From an uncultured Syntrophaceae bacterium (GTDB lineage: Bacteria; Desulfobacterota; Syntrophia; Syntrophales; UBA5619), in the NCBI GenBank assembly GCA_964637025.1, contig CAZWTL010000003.1:4056-68055 (forward strand): 64,000 bases of DNA, written 5' to 3'. Within the stretch, counting starts at the first letter, position 1. Every line of letters begins with the position of its first letter. The notes beneath the pieces are model-generated. The model made no database searches. It saw nothing but the letters and a program-made list of their open reading frames with translations, and had not been told where the DNA came from. Of the stretch, positions 61,285 to 64,000 are shown piece after piece. The position numbers and the translations under genes were made by a program.

Positions 61285-61563
61285 TCAGGCCATGTCGATG
61301 AAGCGGGACAGGGCCTTCTGAAATTCCTTCACGTTTCGGACCCGGTTCGCCTCGGATTTACCGGGGATCTCCGACAGGCATTGGTCCATGTAGGCGCGGA
61401 CGAACTCCGCTCCGGCCTTCTTGATCGCCGAGGTGACGGCTGAAACCTGGGTCAAGACATCAATGCACGGCGCCCCGTTCTCCACCAGTTTCTCCAGCCC
61501 GCGGATCTGCCCTTCGATCCGCTTCAGGCGGTGGACGATTTTGGTCCGTTCCGTTGCGTTCAT
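61285..61563 (-). CDS. CsoR/RcnR/FrmR (DUF156) family transcriptional repressor, CstR-like Cys pair
   Basis: HRLKRIEGQIRGLEKLVENGAPCIDVLTQVSAVTSAI is the family core. Cys occurs at APC and 29 residues later at DQC. The CsoR His position (4 residues before the second Cys) is Tyr. Confidence 0.85.
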   Translation of the reverse strand: MNATERTKIVHRLKRIEGQIRGLEKLVENGAPCIDVLTQVSAVTSAIKKAGAEFVRAYMDQCLSEIPGKSEANRVRNVKEFQKALSRFIDMA

Positions 61564-61565
61564 AT

Positions 61566-61609
61566 ATACCCTCCTAGGGTATTATGCCCACGGTTTTTGT
61601 CTTTGTCAA
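61566..61609 (-). promoter_or_regulatory. Sigma70 promoter plus palindromic operator for the csoR-like operon
   Basis: The minus strand reads TTGACA (61609-61604), 17 nt, CATAAT (61586-61581). The palindrome ATACCCT-N3-AGGGTAT (61566-61582) overlaps the end of the -10 box, the predicted start site and the AGGAGG RBS. Confidence 0.6.
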
Positions 61610-61733
61610 GACCAAACCGGGGAGTTGGCCGCCGCTTTGCAGCCTCCGTCCCCAACAGCCCGCGGAAACCGCCCTTTTTCCATTGACACCCCCCGGCACC
61701 TTTCCTATACTGTTGCAGATCAGGGGATAAACC

Positions 61734-62972
61734 ATGCTCACCCGACGCGCCTTTCTCAGGACAACGGCCGGAATCGCACCGATCCTCGGCGGAGCGGGGC
61801 TGTGTCTCTCTTCCCCCCTGTGGGAACGCCTGCTTAAGGGAGATGCCGCTTGTCTGTTTGCCCACGAGACGGAATCCGAGCTGATCCGCAGCGCACCCCG
61901 GGCCCGTTTCTGGACCTCGGTTCCCATGGCGGGAAGCGATTGCCGTCTGTGCCACCCCCCTGCCGAACGCCTCAAAGGGAAACGCGTCCGCCACAGGAAC
62001 GGGATCGTCAAGTGTCTGCTGTGCGCCCAGGGCTGCGTCATCGGTGTCGGCAACCGGGGCCGGTGCCGCGCCCGGATGAACGTCGGCGGCGAGCTCAGGA
62101 GCCTCGTCTACGGCCGGCCCATCAGCATCCACGTGGACCCGATCGAGAAGAAGCCCTTCTACCATTTTCTTCCGGCCGCCGCCGCCTATTCGCTGGCAAC
62201 CTCCGGCTGCCCGCTGCAGTGCAAGTTTTGCCAGAACTGGGAGATCTCGCAGGCTTCCCCAGAGGATTGCAAAAGCCCGCCGATACCCCCCGTCCGGATC
62301 GTCGAGTCGGCAGGGCAACATGGGGCGCCGGTGATCGCCTTCACCTACAACGAGCCAACGGTTTTCACCGAGTATATGATCGACATCGCCCGCGAGGCCA
62401 AGAAAAACGGGGTCCGTTCGGTGCTGATCAGTTGCGGGATCATGAACGAAACGCCTCTGGCCGAACTCTGCGAAGTCCTGGATGCGATCAAGATCGACCT
62501 GAAGGGTTACGACGAATCGTTCTACCGCAACGTATGCGGCTCGGCGCTGAAACCCGTTCTGAGAAGCATCAAGCAGATCTCCGGAAGCCGCGTCCATCTG
62601 GAGATCGTCAACCTCGTGGTGCCGACCCTGAACGACTCCGAAGGGATGATCCGCGGGCTGATCGACTGGGTTCTGGGGGAAATCGGTCCCGACGTTCCCC
62701 TCCATTTCAGCCGTTTTCATCCGGATTACCAGCTCCGGAACCTGCCGCCCACGCCGGTGGCGACCCTGGAAAGGGCCCGGGAGAAGGCGCTCGACCGGGG
62801 GATGCGCCACGTCTATGTCGGCAATGTCCCCGACCATCCGGGGAACCATACCTTCTGTCCTTCCTGCGGGAAGGCGCTCATCCGGCGCACCGGATTCTTT
62901 GTCGTCGAAACGCATCTCGACGGCGGCCGCTGCGGCTTCTGCGGCCAGAGGATCGCCGGCGTCTGGATTTGA
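61734..62972 (+). CDS. AmmeMemoRadiSam system radical SAM enzyme with an N-terminal twin-arginine signal
   Basis: MLTRRAFLRTTAGIAPILGGAGL is a Tat-like signal. Radical SAM cluster CPLQCKFCQNW. Flanking motifs (IDPIEKKPFYHF, FTYNEPT) are typical of this PflA-like subfamily. A Memo-like gene follows. Confidence 0.85.
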   Translation: MLTRRAFLRTTAGIAPILGGAGLCLSSPLWERLLKGDAACLFAHETESELIRSAPRARFWTSVPMAGSDCRLCHPPAERLKGKRVRHRNGIVKCLLCAQGCVIGVGNRGRCRARMNVGGELRSLVYGRPISIHVDPIEKKPFYHFLPAAAAYSLATSGCPLQCKFCQNWEISQASPEDCKSPPIPPVRIVESAGQHGAPVIAFTYNEPTVFTEYMIDIAREAKKNGVRSVLISCGIMNETPLAELCEVLDAIKIDLKGYDESFYRNVCGSALKPVLRSIKQISGSRVHLEIVNLVVPTLNDSEGMIRGLIDWVLGEIGPDVPLHFSRFHPDYQLRNLPPTPVATLERAREKALDRGMRHVYVGNVPDHPGNHTFCPSCGKALIRRTGFFVVETHLDGGRCGFCGQRIAGVWI

Positions 62973-62990
62973 ATGGAGAGGAGAGAGGTC

Positions 62991-64000
62991 ATGACCATGC
63001 TGCAATTCGGAATTCCCATCGTTGCCCTCAGTATTGGGGTGGCCGCCACCGGCATGGCCGGTCGGGACGGAGGGGGCGAAGTGCGCTCGCCCGCAGTCGC
63101 CGGCCAGTTTTACCCCGAATCGGAATCCGTTCTGAGACTCGCAATCGAAAAATTCATGGAAGACGCGCTCTCACCTGAGGTGCAGAGGCCGCTGGCCATC
63201 GTCGTCCCCCACGCAGGATACATCTATTCCGGTCAGGTCTGCGCCGACGGATGGAATCAAGCCCGCGGCGGGGCTTTTGACGTCATCGTCCTCCTCGGGA
63301 CGAACCACACGACGGCCGGACTCCGGAAGATCGCCCTCTTTCCGGGCAGCGGCTTTCGGACGCCGCTGGGAACCGCCAGGGTGGACCGGGAAGTCGTCTC
63401 CGCACTCCTGGCCGCGTCGCCGGATTGCGCTCTCGACGGAAAGCCGCACGTGCGGGAGCATTCGGTCGAGGTCCAGGTCCCCTTTGTCCAGGCCCTCTTC
63501 CCCCGGGCCGGGATCGTCCCCGCGATCGTCGGCGAGGCGGATCCCGCCCTTTGTCTCCGATTCGGAAAAGCGCTGGCTTCGGTGCTGAAGAACCGGCGCG
63601 CCCTGATCGTTGCGAGCTCGGATCTCTCCCACTATCCCTCGGCAAAAGACGCGGAGGACGCGGACATGAAAATTCTCGAGGCCGTCGCGACCATGGATCC
63701 CGCGCTCCTCCAAAAGGCCGTGCGGACCCAGACGGCACGGAGAATCCCGAACCTCTCCACCTGCGCCTGCGGCGAGGCGCCGATCATGGCCGCAATGGCG
63801 GCCGCCAAGGAGATGGGCGCGGTCTCGGGCAGGATCGTCAGCTACGCCCATTCCGGTAACCTTCCCATCGGGGAAAGGGAGCGGGTCGTCGGATACGGCG
63901 CCGTCGTGATGGCTGCGGACGCGAAGAGGGAGATCTCCCCCGTGCGGCAGGCCGCGGCCGACGAGGGGTCCATCGGTCACGAAGACCGCCGATACCTGCT
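62991..64000 (+). CDS. AmmeMemoRadiSam system protein B (Memo-like), with an N-terminal signal/anchor; 3'-truncated by the window end
   Basis: Not in the ORF track because it has no stop in the window. ATG 62991 follows GGAGAGGAGAGAGG. My translation gives AGQFYP, VVPHAGYIYSG, REHSVEVQVPF, ASSDLSHY, which are Memo-family motifs. The frame is still open at 64000, possibly continuing into an AMMECR1 domain. Confidence 0.8.
   Translation, partial: MTMLQFGIPIVALSIGVAATGMAGRDGGGEVRSPAVAGQFYPESESVLRLAIEKFMEDALSPEVQRPLAIVVPHAGYIYSGQVCADGWNQARGGAFDVIVLLGTNHTTAGLRKIALFPGSGFRTPLGTARVDREVVSALLAASPDCALDGKPHVREHSVEVQVPFVQALFPRAGIVPAIVGEADPALCLRFGKALASVLKNRRALIVASSDLSHYPSAKDAEDADMKILEAVATMDPALLQKAVRTQTARRIPNLSTCACGEAPIMAAMAAAKEMGAVSGRIVSYAHSGNLPIGERERVVGYGAVVMAADAKREISPVRQAAADEGSIGHEDRRYL

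Noticed and set aside
1-64000. Search for mobile elements, prophage or defence genes, toxin-antitoxin pairs, tRNA/rRNA genes, and abrupt compositional islands
   Set aside because: I recognised no transposase, integrase, recombinase, Cas, restriction or TA-like translations, and no tRNA-like cloverleaf sequence. The AT-richer patches (about 8020-8050, 11270-11480, 25920-26100, 53090-53210, 57354-57700, 61560-61620) all coincide with intergenic promoter regions.

Overview
High-GC chromosomal segment from a dissimilatory sulfite/sulfate-reducing, Desulfobacterota (deltaproteobacterial)-type anaerobe. I recognised no rRNA, tRNA, CRISPR array, transposase or integrase. The window has three parts. 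(i) 1-25.7 kb looks like an accessory organosulfonate/organic-acid catabolic island. It holds TauBC-like ABC parts, a Tpa-like class III aminotransferase, an AMP-forming CoA ligase and two back-to-back TTT transporters (TctCBA, then TctBAC). A plus-strand operon follows: LarA-like racemase, four-subunit 2-oxoacid:ferredoxin oxidoreductase, D-2-hydroxyacid dehydrogenase, HprK-like P-loop protein, phosphosulfolactate synthase (ComA). It converges on a minus-strand operon: AEC transporter, CuyA/DcyD-like PLP lyase, amino-acid ABC importer, AspC. (ii) 26.4-45.4 kb is a complete dsr locus: three unknown genes, then dsrA-dsrB-dsrD-dsrN-dsrC and a macro-domain gene. Next come a DsrM-like membrane protein, a DsrK/HdrD-like protein fused to a response-regulator receiver, a PAS histidine kinase and a stand-alone receiver. 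A second DsrMK-like pair and canonical dsrMKJOP close the locus. (iii) 45.7-64 kb is mixed: VOC protein, HMG-CoA lyase, formyltransferase, OsmC, hydrolase, a YedE-TusA-DUF3343-kinase-like sulfur/selenium trafficking operon, cspA and a PAS protein with a Cys-rich C-terminal motif. It also holds an ECF sigma/anti-sigma unit flanked by glycine-rich secreted proteins, a CsoR/CstR-like repressor with an orphan FeS/cytochrome b/polyferredoxin module, and a Tat-signal-bearing AmmeMemoRadiSam system cut by the window end. The most novel-looking items are the kinase-like + ComA pair, which may desulfonate sulfolactate by running coenzyme M biosynthesis steps in reverse to feed sulfite to Dsr, and the receiver-fused DsrK/HdrD paralogue whose two-component system has no DNA-binding output. 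All functional calls come from reading the translations and the DNA by eye; no database search was run.
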